40,058 nucleotides of DNA. Source: Planctomycetota bacterium. Lineage in GTDB: Bacteria; Planctomycetota; UBA8108; UBA1146. The notes below the pieces were generated by a model, which did not search any database, had not been told where the DNA came from, and saw nothing but the letters and a program-made list of their open reading frames with translations. This document shows positions 1 through 7,633 of this stretch, piece by piece; within the stretch, counting starts at the first letter, position 1, and the number at the start of each line of letters is the position of its first letter. The position numbers and the translations under genes were made by a program. Location of the stretch: the NCBI GenBank assembly GCA_015664425.1, contig DQQH01000181.1:1-40058 (forward strand), given 5' to 3'.

Positions 1-1034
1 CCCTTGGCTACGGTCGATTCGTTTCTGATGGTGAGTTCTTTGCAGCGACTGCGAGTGGGATCGCACCCAGCGTGTTACTCAGACCGTTGCTGCTTATGAC
101 AATTCCTCTGGGGCTCTTCATGGTGTTCACCCAGGACAAGATGCTCCCCGACCTTCAGCACCGTCAACAGAACATCGGCCGATTCCTTGTGAAGCAGTTG
201 GAGCACCTCGGCGACGGCCGAAAGGGACAGCTCGCCCTCGACCAGCAAGGTGGCCTCGTCTACTGGGATGAGATCCGCGGCGGTTCCCGCCTCCATGGAG
301 TTTGCATCAAGAAAAGACTTCCTCTGGGCATCTTCTCCTGGAGTGCAGAAACTCAGGGGACGACTCCCCTCGCCCGCCCCGGTGTCAGGCTGGATGTTCC
401 AAGGACAGTGATTCTCGCCCAGACAGCCGGTCTCTCCGTCGACGACCGTGCAGAGGTAATCCACCTCACGCTGCAAAATGTCGACGTGAAATTCCCGGTA
501 GACATCGAGTCCGATGGCCGATCTGTGAACTATCGCATCGATTCGATTCGATTCGATTCCTTCACCGTCGATTTCCCCATCAATGAGAACTCTCGCAGGG
601 ACAAGGATCTTCCGACTGATCAACTGAGAGAGAAGAGGGCAAATTACCTGGCCAGGAAAGAGCGCCTCCTGGAGGAGGCCCGCCTGGCAGAAAACGACGA
701 GGCGAGAAAACGTGCAGAACTCGATGCTGCGGCAAACCTGCGAAGAGCGAGGATGGCCGACGCAGAAATCTGGCGGAGACTTGCCCTGTCGACTTCGATT
801 TTCACCTTTGCTCTGGTCGGATTCCCTCTCGTCCTCCTGCTGCGAACCTCACAGAAACTGGTCCCCTTCTTTGCGGGCATGATGCTCGTAATCGGAGTCT
901 TTTACCCGATGACGTTTGGTGGGATGGAACTCACGCGTTCTCTTGGCCTCCCCGCTCCCATCACGGTGATGTCAGGGAATTACGTCCTCGCAACCCTGGC
1001 GATGATTCTGATGATCAAGGTTAATCGAAAATGA
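1..1034 (+). CDS. LptF/LptG-family (YjgP/YjgQ) LPS-export permease, 5'-truncated by the window edge
   Basis: The frame of the 72..1034 ORF stays open back to base 3 (LGYGRFVSDGEFFAATASGIAPS...), so the GTG at 72 is probably internal. It has the family-typical 'E..A..aSGi' helix motif, a ~200-aa soluble middle domain and C-terminal TM helices (LVGFPLVLLL, FFAGMMLVIGVFYPM, VLATLAMILMI). An ATGA stop/start overlap joins it to the paralog downstream. Confidence 0.75.
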   Translation, partial: LGYGRFVSDGEFFAATASGIAPSVLLRPLLLMTIPLGLFMVFTQDKMLPDLQHRQQNIGRFLVKQLEHLGDGRKGQLALDQQGGLVYWDEIRGGSRLHGVCIKKRLPLGIFSWSAETQGTTPLARPGVRLDVPRTVILAQTAGLSVDDRAEVIHLTLQNVDVKFPVDIESDGRSVNYRIDSIRFDSFTVDFPINENSRRDKDLPTDQLREKRANYLARKERLLEEARLAENDEARKRAELDAAANLRRARMADAEIWRRLALSTSIFTFALVGFPLVLLLRTSQKLVPFFAGMMLVIGVFYPMTFGGMELTRSLGLPAPITVMSGNYVLATLAMILMIKVNRK

Positions 1035-2179
1035 TCCGCAACTGGCTCAGCCGGGCACTCAGTCTGCTCCCATTCCGCACCTTCGATCGCTATCTCATCC
1101 GGAATTTCATCTTTGCCTGGGTAGTATGCACCTTCTCGGTGTTCGGGCTCTTCATCGTCATCGATGGCGTCACCCGGATCGAGCAGTTCCTCAAGGAAGA
1201 AGATCCGCTTCCGTTGGTGGCGCTTCGCTATTTCGCCGCACTTCTTCCCGTCTACTTCAGCCAGTACATCGGTCCTGTTCTGACCCTGCTGGCGGCAATG
1301 TTCTCCGTTTCCAGTCTCAACAAGGGGAACGAACTCACCCCCCTGCGGGTGTCGGGGCTCTCCTTCGGCAGAATTCTCGGCTCCTATTTCCTGATGGGAC
1401 TTGTCGCCGCCATTGCGATGGTGGTGGTTCAGGAGTTGGTCGTACCTTCTCTCCGTGACGAGATCAGGATCGCCAAGGCATATGGACGGTCGAAAACAGC
1501 AATTCAGCCCGACATGATCGTCGACACTCTCGACTCGATGATCGAGGTGGACAGATACCTTCCCCACGAGAGGCGAGGCGAGGACGTTGTCATCGTCTCG
1601 CGGCACTCGAGCAACTCGAGCGCCAAGGAACGGATAGGGGCAATGGAAATTCTGTGGCAAGAACCTGTCGGAGGCGACCCCTTCTGGCTTCTCAGAGATG
1701 GAACTATCCAGCGCTGGGACGAGAGCGGAGCCCAGATCCCGAACCCCGACTCCGAGGGTGAGAGCGTCTACCTGCAACGATTCCACGAAATGCGTCTGGC
1801 CACCGACATGCGCCCCATCGATCTCGAATCGAGCGACCGGGAGATCCCCTATCTATCCTTCAGCGAACTCCGCGACCAGTACAAGAGGCGCTCACATCTC
1901 AAACACCTGGAAGTGAAACTCCATCAGCGGTTCGCTTTCCCGCTGGCAAATCTGATCTTGCTTCTCCTCGGGCTCCCGTTTCTTCTGCGCACCGAGAATA
2001 GGTCGATCGTCGTCGGAATCGTCCTCGCCATCGGAGTCTCGAGCCTCTATCTGATCACGACGTACATCTGTGCTGATCTCGGGACGAAAGGGCAGTTGCC
2101 GCCGATGCTCGCCGGCTGGTTACCCATCCTGTTCTTCGGAGCCCTGGGGCTCACCCTCTTCGACGGTCTCGAGTCCTGA
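1031..2179 (+). CDS. LptF/LptG-family (YjgP/YjgQ) LPS-export permease
   Basis: N-terminus FDRYLIRNFIFAWVVCTFSVFGLFIVIDG is the classic start of this family. It has the second-helix motif NELTPLRVSGLS, a central soluble domain and three C-terminal TM helices. It is translationally coupled (ATGA) to the upstream paralog. Confidence 0.8.
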   Translation: MIRNWLSRALSLLPFRTFDRYLIRNFIFAWVVCTFSVFGLFIVIDGVTRIEQFLKEEDPLPLVALRYFAALLPVYFSQYIGPVLTLLAAMFSVSSLNKGNELTPLRVSGLSFGRILGSYFLMGLVAAIAMVVVQELVVPSLRDEIRIAKAYGRSKTAIQPDMIVDTLDSMIEVDRYLPHERRGEDVVIVSRHSSNSSAKERIGAMEILWQEPVGGDPFWLLRDGTIQRWDESGAQIPNPDSEGESVYLQRFHEMRLATDMRPIDLESSDREIPYLSFSELRDQYKRRSHLKHLEVKLHQRFAFPLANLILLLLGLPFLLRTENRSIVVGIVLAIGVSSLYLITTYICADLGTKGQLPPMLAGWLPILFFGALGLTLFDGLES

Positions 2180-2782
2180 TTCAGCACTCCGATGTTCAGC
2201 TGATTTCGGAAGAAGTTGCTTCAACGCCTCGACCGCCCGGCTGTACCGCTTGCGGATCGTCGCTTCATTCTCTCCGAGGTCCCGCCCGATCTCGTAGTGA
2301 CTGAGGCCATCGAGCCTCAGCATTACGACGGAACCGAGTTTCACCGGGAGTTTCTCGATCAGTCGGTAGAGGGGCTCCAACTCCTCGAACTCGAGAACCT
2401 CCCCGGGTTTCCCCTCGGCCGTTTCCTCCACCAGCGACAGAGAACCACCGGGGATATTCGACTCGCCTTCGAACGAGGCCGATTTTCGGCCCATATCTGC
2501 CAGTTCCCACCTGGCATGCTGGAAAAGGAATGCCCGGAAATCTCCGCTCTCCGCCTCCGGAGAGACGGCGTGCAAGCCTCGGAAAGCCCGGATGAAGATA
2601 TTCTGGCAGACGTCATCGACCTCGGTATGTCGCTTGAGCCGATGGCCCATCCGGGTCAGGACAAAACGAGTCAACTCCGGCAAGTGCTGAAGGATCAGTT
2701 CAGACCTGACGAGTGCGGATCCAGCCCTGGCTCGGGAAACGAGATCGGGCTCTTTGCCATCACCTGCCAGATTCCCCTTCAA
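2120..2782 (-). CDS. ECF-type RNA polymerase sigma factor (sigma-70 family)
   Basis: Region 2 (DDVCQNIFIRAFRGL, FRAFLFQHARWELADMGRK) and region 4 HTH (VVMLRLDGLSHYEIGRDLGENEATIRKRYSRAVEAL) are present. The track ORF begins at TTG 2899. An internal TTG at 2782 is preceded by AAGGAGG at 5-nt spacing and gives a normal-length sigma, so I prefer it. The 3' end overlaps the convergent permease gene by 60 nt. Confidence 0.8.
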   Translation of the reverse strand: MKGNLAGDGKEPDLVSRARAGSALVRSELILQHLPELTRFVLTRMGHRLKRHTEVDDVCQNIFIRAFRGLHAVSPEAESGDFRAFLFQHARWELADMGRKSASFEGESNIPGGSLSLVEETAEGKPGEVLEFEELEPLYRLIEKLPVKLGSVVMLRLDGLSHYEIGRDLGENEATIRKRYSRAVEALKQLLPKSAEHRSAESGLETVEEGEPQGSEEQDG

Positions 2783-3165
2783 CGTTCCCTCCTTCGGTGA
2801 ACAGCACCCTTGCACATTTTCGATCAACCAGGCCCATCCTCTGGATGCCAGAAGGACGGTAGTACCAACCGATCGAGAGTGCCGCTTCCGATCCAGCAAG
2901 CCGAACCCAAGGATCTCCCCAGGCAGTTAATCATCAGACGCCCGCACCTGCCATTCTGAACAAGGAGAAAAAAAAACAATAATACATGTCACATACTTCC
3001 GCTGGAGATCGCTTCATCAAGATAGGAGGACTCTTTCCCATTTTTGACGAACTCAAACTTCTGGATCTCAGGAAAGAGCCCGATTCGGGCGCAAGCCGAT
3101 TGGGGTTGCCCCTGGCAATTGGAGCCAGCGAACAGATTCTTGCCCGGTAGTGAGAAGGTGAACTG

Positions 3166-3999
3166 ATGAACCACAACAAGTTCGACTCCTGCATCACCCA
3201 CACCGCCGACTGGGCGTTCTTCCCAGACCACTCGGCGGATTTTCTGGGGCCCTACTCGGGCTGTGTCTTCGCCAAGCCACAGCCCGCTTCCCCCTGGGTA
3301 GATCTTCCTCCCCAGAGGATCACCGGCGATTACGGCGGGCCATTCGATCTCTTCGGGCATTCGATCGCCACCAGTAACGGTCGACTCTTCGTCGGAGCGC
3401 CTCTCCAGGATCTGGGCGCACAGGACAGCGGTTCGGTCCACGTCTTCAGTTTCATCGACCGCTCCTGGCGGGAAGAAGCGCTTCTTCTTCCCGATGTGGC
3501 CAGGACTTGCCTCTGGTTCGGATCGACCCTCGCTGCAGATGGCGACAGGCTCGCGGTTTCAGCACCTTCTGCAGGGGACCATTGCGGTAATTCTGGTGAG
3601 GTCTACGTCTTCGAGTGTGAAGCGGGCGACTGGATGCTCATCGAGAAGAAAACTTCCTCGTTGCCCGCCGCTCTTTACTCCTTCGGAAGCGAACTCGACC
3701 TGGAAGGTGACCGCCTGAGCGTCACTTCCCGCCCAAGACCCTTCTGCTCCGGCGGCAACCCCATCGTCGCGGAGTACCGGATCACGGATGCTCGCCGGAG
3801 TGTTCGCACCGATATTACCGCCTCCTGCGACGATCCGGAGACCTCCACAGCGCCTGATACCTCGCATCATCCGAGAAACGCTGCCCCCAGCGAGTCAAAC
3901 CGAAGCGCCAGCGGAAAAACAAAGAGTTCCCGGGCGAGATCAGAAGGAGGACTTGGTTCTACGGAGTTGAACTGGAGGCCAGGTCCCCCCGCCTGCTGA
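3166..3999 (+). CDS. hypothetical protein with FG-GAP (integrin-alpha-like) repeats
   Basis: There are three repeats of the form FGxS/T..A..GDRL.V.AP...GSV.VF: FGHSIATSNGRLFVGAPLQDLGAQDSGSVHVFSF, FGSTLAADGDRLAVSAPSAGDHCGNSGEVYVFEC and FGSELDLEGDRLSVTS. No obvious signal peptide. The C-terminus is low-complexity and Ser/Pro-rich. Confidence 0.55.
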   Translation: MNHNKFDSCITHTADWAFFPDHSADFLGPYSGCVFAKPQPASPWVDLPPQRITGDYGGPFDLFGHSIATSNGRLFVGAPLQDLGAQDSGSVHVFSFIDRSWREEALLLPDVARTCLWFGSTLAADGDRLAVSAPSAGDHCGNSGEVYVFECEAGDWMLIEKKTSSLPAALYSFGSELDLEGDRLSVTSRPRPFCSGGNPIVAEYRITDARRSVRTDITASCDDPETSTAPDTSHHPRNAAPSESNRSASGKTKSSRARSEGGLGSTELNWRPGPPAC

Positions 4000-4043
4000 T
4001 CGACCGCTGGCGGAGAAGGAGACTGGTTCGCAGAACGTTTGAC

Positions 4044-4097
4044 GGGGCCCGGGGGTTGGTCTGTCCGGCCGTTCAGCCGTCCCTGGGCCCTTTTTTT
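4044..4097 (+). terminator. candidate intrinsic terminator
   Basis: GGGCCCGGGG (4045-4054) pairs with CCCTGGGCCC (4081-4090), giving 10 bp with one G-U. It is immediately followed by T7 (4091-4097) and lies 45 nt after the stop of the FG-GAP gene. Confidence 0.45.
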
Positions 4098-4167
4098 CCC
4101 ACGGCCAATTTCCTCACTCATTTGAGTCAGCGGCAAAGAAGCCGGCACTTGGAGGTGGAGCCCTGTT

Positions 4168-5319
4168 CTATTGAGACGTTGTCTCCAGGGCGGCACCGAT
4201 GTCCTCGAGAAGGTCCTCGATGTCCTCGATCCCGATCGACAGGCGTATCAACCCATCGGAGAGACCGCTTTTTCTTCTCTCCTCCGGAGGGATCGACCCG
4301 TGGGTCATCGAGACCGCATGCTCGATGAGACTCTCCACCCCTCCGAGGCTCTCAGCAAGACGGAAGACCCGGGTTCGTGTAACCAGTTCCTTTGCCTCCT
4401 CCTCCGACTCGCCATGGAGCACGAATGACACCATGCCGCCGAACTGGGACATCTGTTTCGCAGCCAACTCATGTCCTGGATGGTCAGGAAGCCCCGGGTA
4501 ATAGACTCGAGCGACAGCGGGGTGGTCGTAGAGGAAACCTGCGATCCGTGCAGCATTCTCACAATGCCGGTCGAGGCGAACTGCGAGCGTCTTGGTCCCA
4601 CGCATCGTCAGGAAACAGTCCATCGGGCCGGGCACAGCTCCGACGGCGTTCTGGAGATACTTGATCTTCTCGGCGATCTCATCGGAACTGGTGATCACTG
4701 CGCCGCCGATGACATCGGAGTGCCCGCCCAGGTACTTCGTCGTCGAATGAACAACCAGGTTCGCTCCCAGAGAAATCGGGCGTTGGAGGTACGGCGTCGA
4801 AAAAGTGTTGTCGACTGCCAGGAGGATGGACCGATCATTACAGATCTCAGCAATCTGGGCGATGTCACAGATCTTCAGCAGGGGATTGGTCGGCGTTTCA
4901 AGCCAGATCAACTTCGTCTCGGGTCGGATGGCATCTCGAACCAATTGAGGCACGCACGCGTCGACAAAAGAGAACTCCAGGCCGAACCTACCAAAGACCT
5001 CGGTGAAGAGCCTGAAGGTCCCACCGTAGAGATCGTTGCCGGCAACGATATGGTCTCCAGAGGAAAACAGTTTCAGAACCGCATCGGTGGCGGCGAGCCC
5101 GCTTCCGAAGCATATCCCGTGGCGCGCCTCCTCGAGGGAAGCGAGATTCGCTTCCAGGGCGTTGCGCGTCGGATTGTCGGTTCGCGCGTACTCGAAACCC
5201 TTGTGGACTCCAGGGGCCTGTTGCACGTAAGTCGAGGTCTGGTAGATCGGGGTCATGATGGACCCGGTCGTAGGATCCGCAGGCTGACCATCGTGAATGG
5301 CACGGGTAGAGAAACGCAC
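4168..5319 (-). CDS. cystathionine gamma-lyase/gamma-synthase family PLP enzyme (trans-sulfuration)
   Basis: Full-length match to the Cys/Met-metabolism PLP family: MRFSTRAIHDGQ...TGSIMTPIYQTSTY and the PLP-lysine motif STTKYLGGHSDVIGG. It lies 4 nt downstream of the cystathionine beta-synthase gene on the same strand. Confidence 0.9.
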   Translation of the reverse strand: MRFSTRAIHDGQPADPTTGSIMTPIYQTSTYVQQAPGVHKGFEYARTDNPTRNALEANLASLEEARHGICFGSGLAATDAVLKLFSSGDHIVAGNDLYGGTFRLFTEVFGRFGLEFSFVDACVPQLVRDAIRPETKLIWLETPTNPLLKICDIAQIAEICNDRSILLAVDNTFSTPYLQRPISLGANLVVHSTTKYLGGHSDVIGGAVITSSDEIAEKIKYLQNAVGAVPGPMDCFLTMRGTKTLAVRLDRHCENAARIAGFLYDHPAVARVYYPGLPDHPGHELAAKQMSQFGGMVSFVLHGESEEEAKELVTRTRVFRLAESLGGVESLIEHAVSMTHGSIPPEERRKSGLSDGLIRLSIGIEDIEDLLEDIGAALETTSQ

Positions 5320-5323
5320 TCTC

Positions 5324-6697
5324 CTACCTCTTTCTTCTCACGGAGTGAATCAAATCCCAATTCGTCAGGATCTCGAGGCTCCCCCGGTTGGTTTTCACAA
5401 GTACTGCTGGAGATGAAATGGACAGACGCTCGAGAATGTCATCTGCGGTAACTCCCTCGTCGACGATCGGGAAGGGCCTCTCCATGATGTTCGAGACCGG
5501 CTGGTTCACCCCCTCTTCTCCCCTGAGCAAGCACTCGATGACCTGTGCTTCCCGAAGGCTACCCACCGGCTCCCCATCGCGAAGAATGGGGAGCTGGGAA
5601 ATATCCTCTCTTCGCATCAACTCCGCTGCCTCCTGAATCTTCTGATCGGGGGACAGGAATAGAAGCGTTTTTCGCCGTTTCTTTCCGCGCAATAGAATTT
5701 CTCCAGCGGTGAGATTGAGATTGGATTCGATCAACTGGTTCCGTCGCAACCAGTCCTCATCGTAGACCTTGCTCAGGTAGCGCTCGCCGGTATCGGGAAT
5801 GAGTACCACCAGCAAATCATCGGGGCCAAGTCGATTCGCAACCTCCAGCGCGGCACAGACCGCGGTCCCGGCGGAACTGCCGCTGAGAATCCCCTCCTTG
5901 CGGGCAAGGCGTCGGGCCATCGAATAGGATTCCCGGTCCCCCACCTGAATCACTTCGTCGATGACAGTGAAGTCCATCGTCCCCGGGAGGAGGTCTTCGC
6001 CGATCCCCTCGACCTTGTAGCTGTGGGCTTTCCCCAGGACCCCGGTCCTGAAGTACTCGGTATAGAGAGAACCGACCGGATCCGCGCCGATCACCTGGAT
6101 GGAAGGATTCTTCTCTTTCAGGTAGCGACCGACCCCGCCGATGGTGCCACCGGTCCCCATTCCTGCGACAAAGTGGGTCAATTTTCCATCGGTGTCCTCC
6201 CAGATCTCTGGACCTGTGGTTCTGTAGTGAGCATCGGGATTCATCGAGTTGAAATACTGGTTCGGGCTGAAGGAGTTCTCGATCTCCTCGGTCAATTTCC
6301 GAGCAACGGAGTAGTAACTCCTGGGATCATCGGGTTCGACTTCAGTGGGACAGGTGATCACCTCGGCACCGAAGGCCTTGAGCAATTTCGACTTCTCCTC
6401 GGTAACCTTGTCAGGCATGGTGAATATCGCCTGATACCCTCGAACCGATGCCACCAGCGCCAGCCCCATCCCGGTGTTGCCTGAAGTGCACTCGATGATG
6501 GTCCCGCCGGGAAGGAGAAGTCCTTCCTTCTCGGCAGCATCGATCATGTGGACAGCAATTCGGTCCTTGGTGCTGCCGCCGGGGTTGAATGCTTCGATCT
6601 TGCCGGCGATGATCCCCTGGCAGTCGCCCACGATCTGTCGAAAACGCACGAGGGGTGTCTTCCCGATGGTATCGAGTATGTGATCGAAGATGCGCAT
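5324..6697 (-). CDS. cystathionine beta-synthase (PALP fold plus C-terminal CBS-domain pair)
   Basis: N-terminal cysteine-synthase-like fold (IGKTPLVRF..., NPGGSTKDRIA, SGNTGMGLA, GTGGTIGG). A ~130-aa C-terminal tandem CBS module follows (ISQLPILRDGEPVGSL..., PAVLVKTNRGSLEILTNWDLI). Confidence 0.85.
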   Translation of the reverse strand: MRIFDHILDTIGKTPLVRFRQIVGDCQGIIAGKIEAFNPGGSTKDRIAVHMIDAAEKEGLLLPGGTIIECTSGNTGMGLALVASVRGYQAIFTMPDKVTEEKSKLLKAFGAEVITCPTEVEPDDPRSYYSVARKLTEEIENSFSPNQYFNSMNPDAHYRTTGPEIWEDTDGKLTHFVAGMGTGGTIGGVGRYLKEKNPSIQVIGADPVGSLYTEYFRTGVLGKAHSYKVEGIGEDLLPGTMDFTVIDEVIQVGDRESYSMARRLARKEGILSGSSAGTAVCAALEVANRLGPDDLLVVLIPDTGERYLSKVYDEDWLRRNQLIESNLNLTAGEILLRGKKRRKTLLFLSPDQKIQEAAELMRREDISQLPILRDGEPVGSLREAQVIECLLRGEEGVNQPVSNIMERPFPIVDEGVTADDILERLSISSPAVLVKTNRGSLEILTNWDLIHSVRRKR

Positions 6698-6906
6698 TCT
6701 CGCCCTCTCGGTTCTGACCCAACCCGATGACCTCTTAGCGATGAGGAACCCTCGACTGGGCAGATTCTAGTCGATCGGGAGGGGTCGCGGTACGGCAGCC
6801 GACCGGGAATCAGCCCCGGCCTTTCCCGAGGACAACCGATCCCGTACCCTTCCCAGGTCCGTCAGGAGGTGGACAGAGCCCAGATCTGTCGGAAGAGGTT
6901 TGAATT

Positions 6907-7602
6907 TTGGCTGCCGTTGTGACCAGCGATCCAGATCCCGTGAGACTTGCCGGCAAACTCCTCGCGGACTTCGCCTCCTTCGCAGTGGGGGGGGACCTTG
7001 TGGCGATCCCCACCGGCAGATCCCCCGAGATTCTCTACAAGCGAATCCGTGAAGATGGCGACATGGCACGCCTGTGGTCACAGCTCAAGTACCTGCAACT
7101 CGATGAGTACCTCGACGCACCGGCGGGAGTTCCCCTCTTCAGCGAGGAGTTGCGGCAAAAGATCTTCGACCCCATCGAGGTTCCCCCTGAAAACCGACTG
7201 TCGATCGATCCGAGTAGAGATCCCGGGGCGGAAGCACTTCGTCTCGATCGGTTGTGCCAGCGCGAGGGGCCGCTGAAAGTGGTTGTGCTCGGACTGGGCG
7301 GTAACGGTCACATCGCCTTCAACGAACCTGCTGAGAGTTTCGGCAGCGGCTATCGGCTGGTCCACCTGGCTCGAGAAACAATTCGGGCCAATTTCTCCAA
7401 ACCATACCCCGAGGAGGTTCGAGCGCTGACCATCGGTGTCGACCAGATCATCAGCGCAGCGCACATCCAACTCCTCGTTCCCCAGGCACAGAAACAGGAA
7501 CTCCTCGAACGGGTCCTGGCAGGACCGATCGATCCCCAGCTCCCAGCGAGCGCGCTCTTCGAGCATCCGTCTCTTCACATCTACCGTATGGAGGCGCCCT
7601 GA
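6907..7602 (+). CDS. nagB: glucosamine-6-phosphate deaminase-like protein
   Basis: Motifs align with NagB: IPTGRSP (LPTGGTP), LQLDEYLDAP (FNMDEYVGLP) and GLGGNGHIAFNEPAES (GVGNDGHIAFNEPASS). It has a TTG start and is somewhat short for the family. Confidence 0.65.
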   Translation: MAAVVTSDPDPVRLAGKLLADFASFAVGGDLVAIPTGRSPEILYKRIREDGDMARLWSQLKYLQLDEYLDAPAGVPLFSEELRQKIFDPIEVPPENRLSIDPSRDPGAEALRLDRLCQREGPLKVVVLGLGGNGHIAFNEPAESFGSGYRLVHLARETIRANFSKPYPEEVRALTIGVDQIISAAHIQLLVPQAQKQELLERVLAGPIDPQLPASALFEHPSLHIYRMEAP

Positions 7603-7633
7603 TTACCGCCCCCCTTCAAGGAGAAAGGCCACC

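Noticed and set aside
540-559. (GATTC)x4 pentanucleotide tandem repeat inside the first permease gene
   Set aside because: It has only four copies, lies in a probably essential gene and encodes an ordinary IDSIRFDSF segment. It is too short to argue for phase variation and is most likely chance.
4471-5451. 326-aa plus-strand ORF
   Set aside because: It is antisense to the cystathionine gamma-lyase family gene, which has the PLP-lysine motif. It has no features of its own.
6698-6906. Possible SAM or other riboswitch upstream of the cystathionine beta-synthase / gamma-lyase pair
   Set aside because: Reading the minus strand, I found no SAM-I core (GAGGGACUGGCCCGAUGAA-type) and no other riboswitch signature I can recognise. 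It is probably just a divergent promoter region shared with nagB.
7436-7633. 66-codon N-terminal extension of the PHP-domain ORF
   Set aside because: It overlaps the 3' end of nagB in another frame, is Ser/Arg-rich and has no signal peptide. The ATG at 7634 has a strong AAGGAGAAAGG upstream and opens with a signal-like hydrophobic segment.
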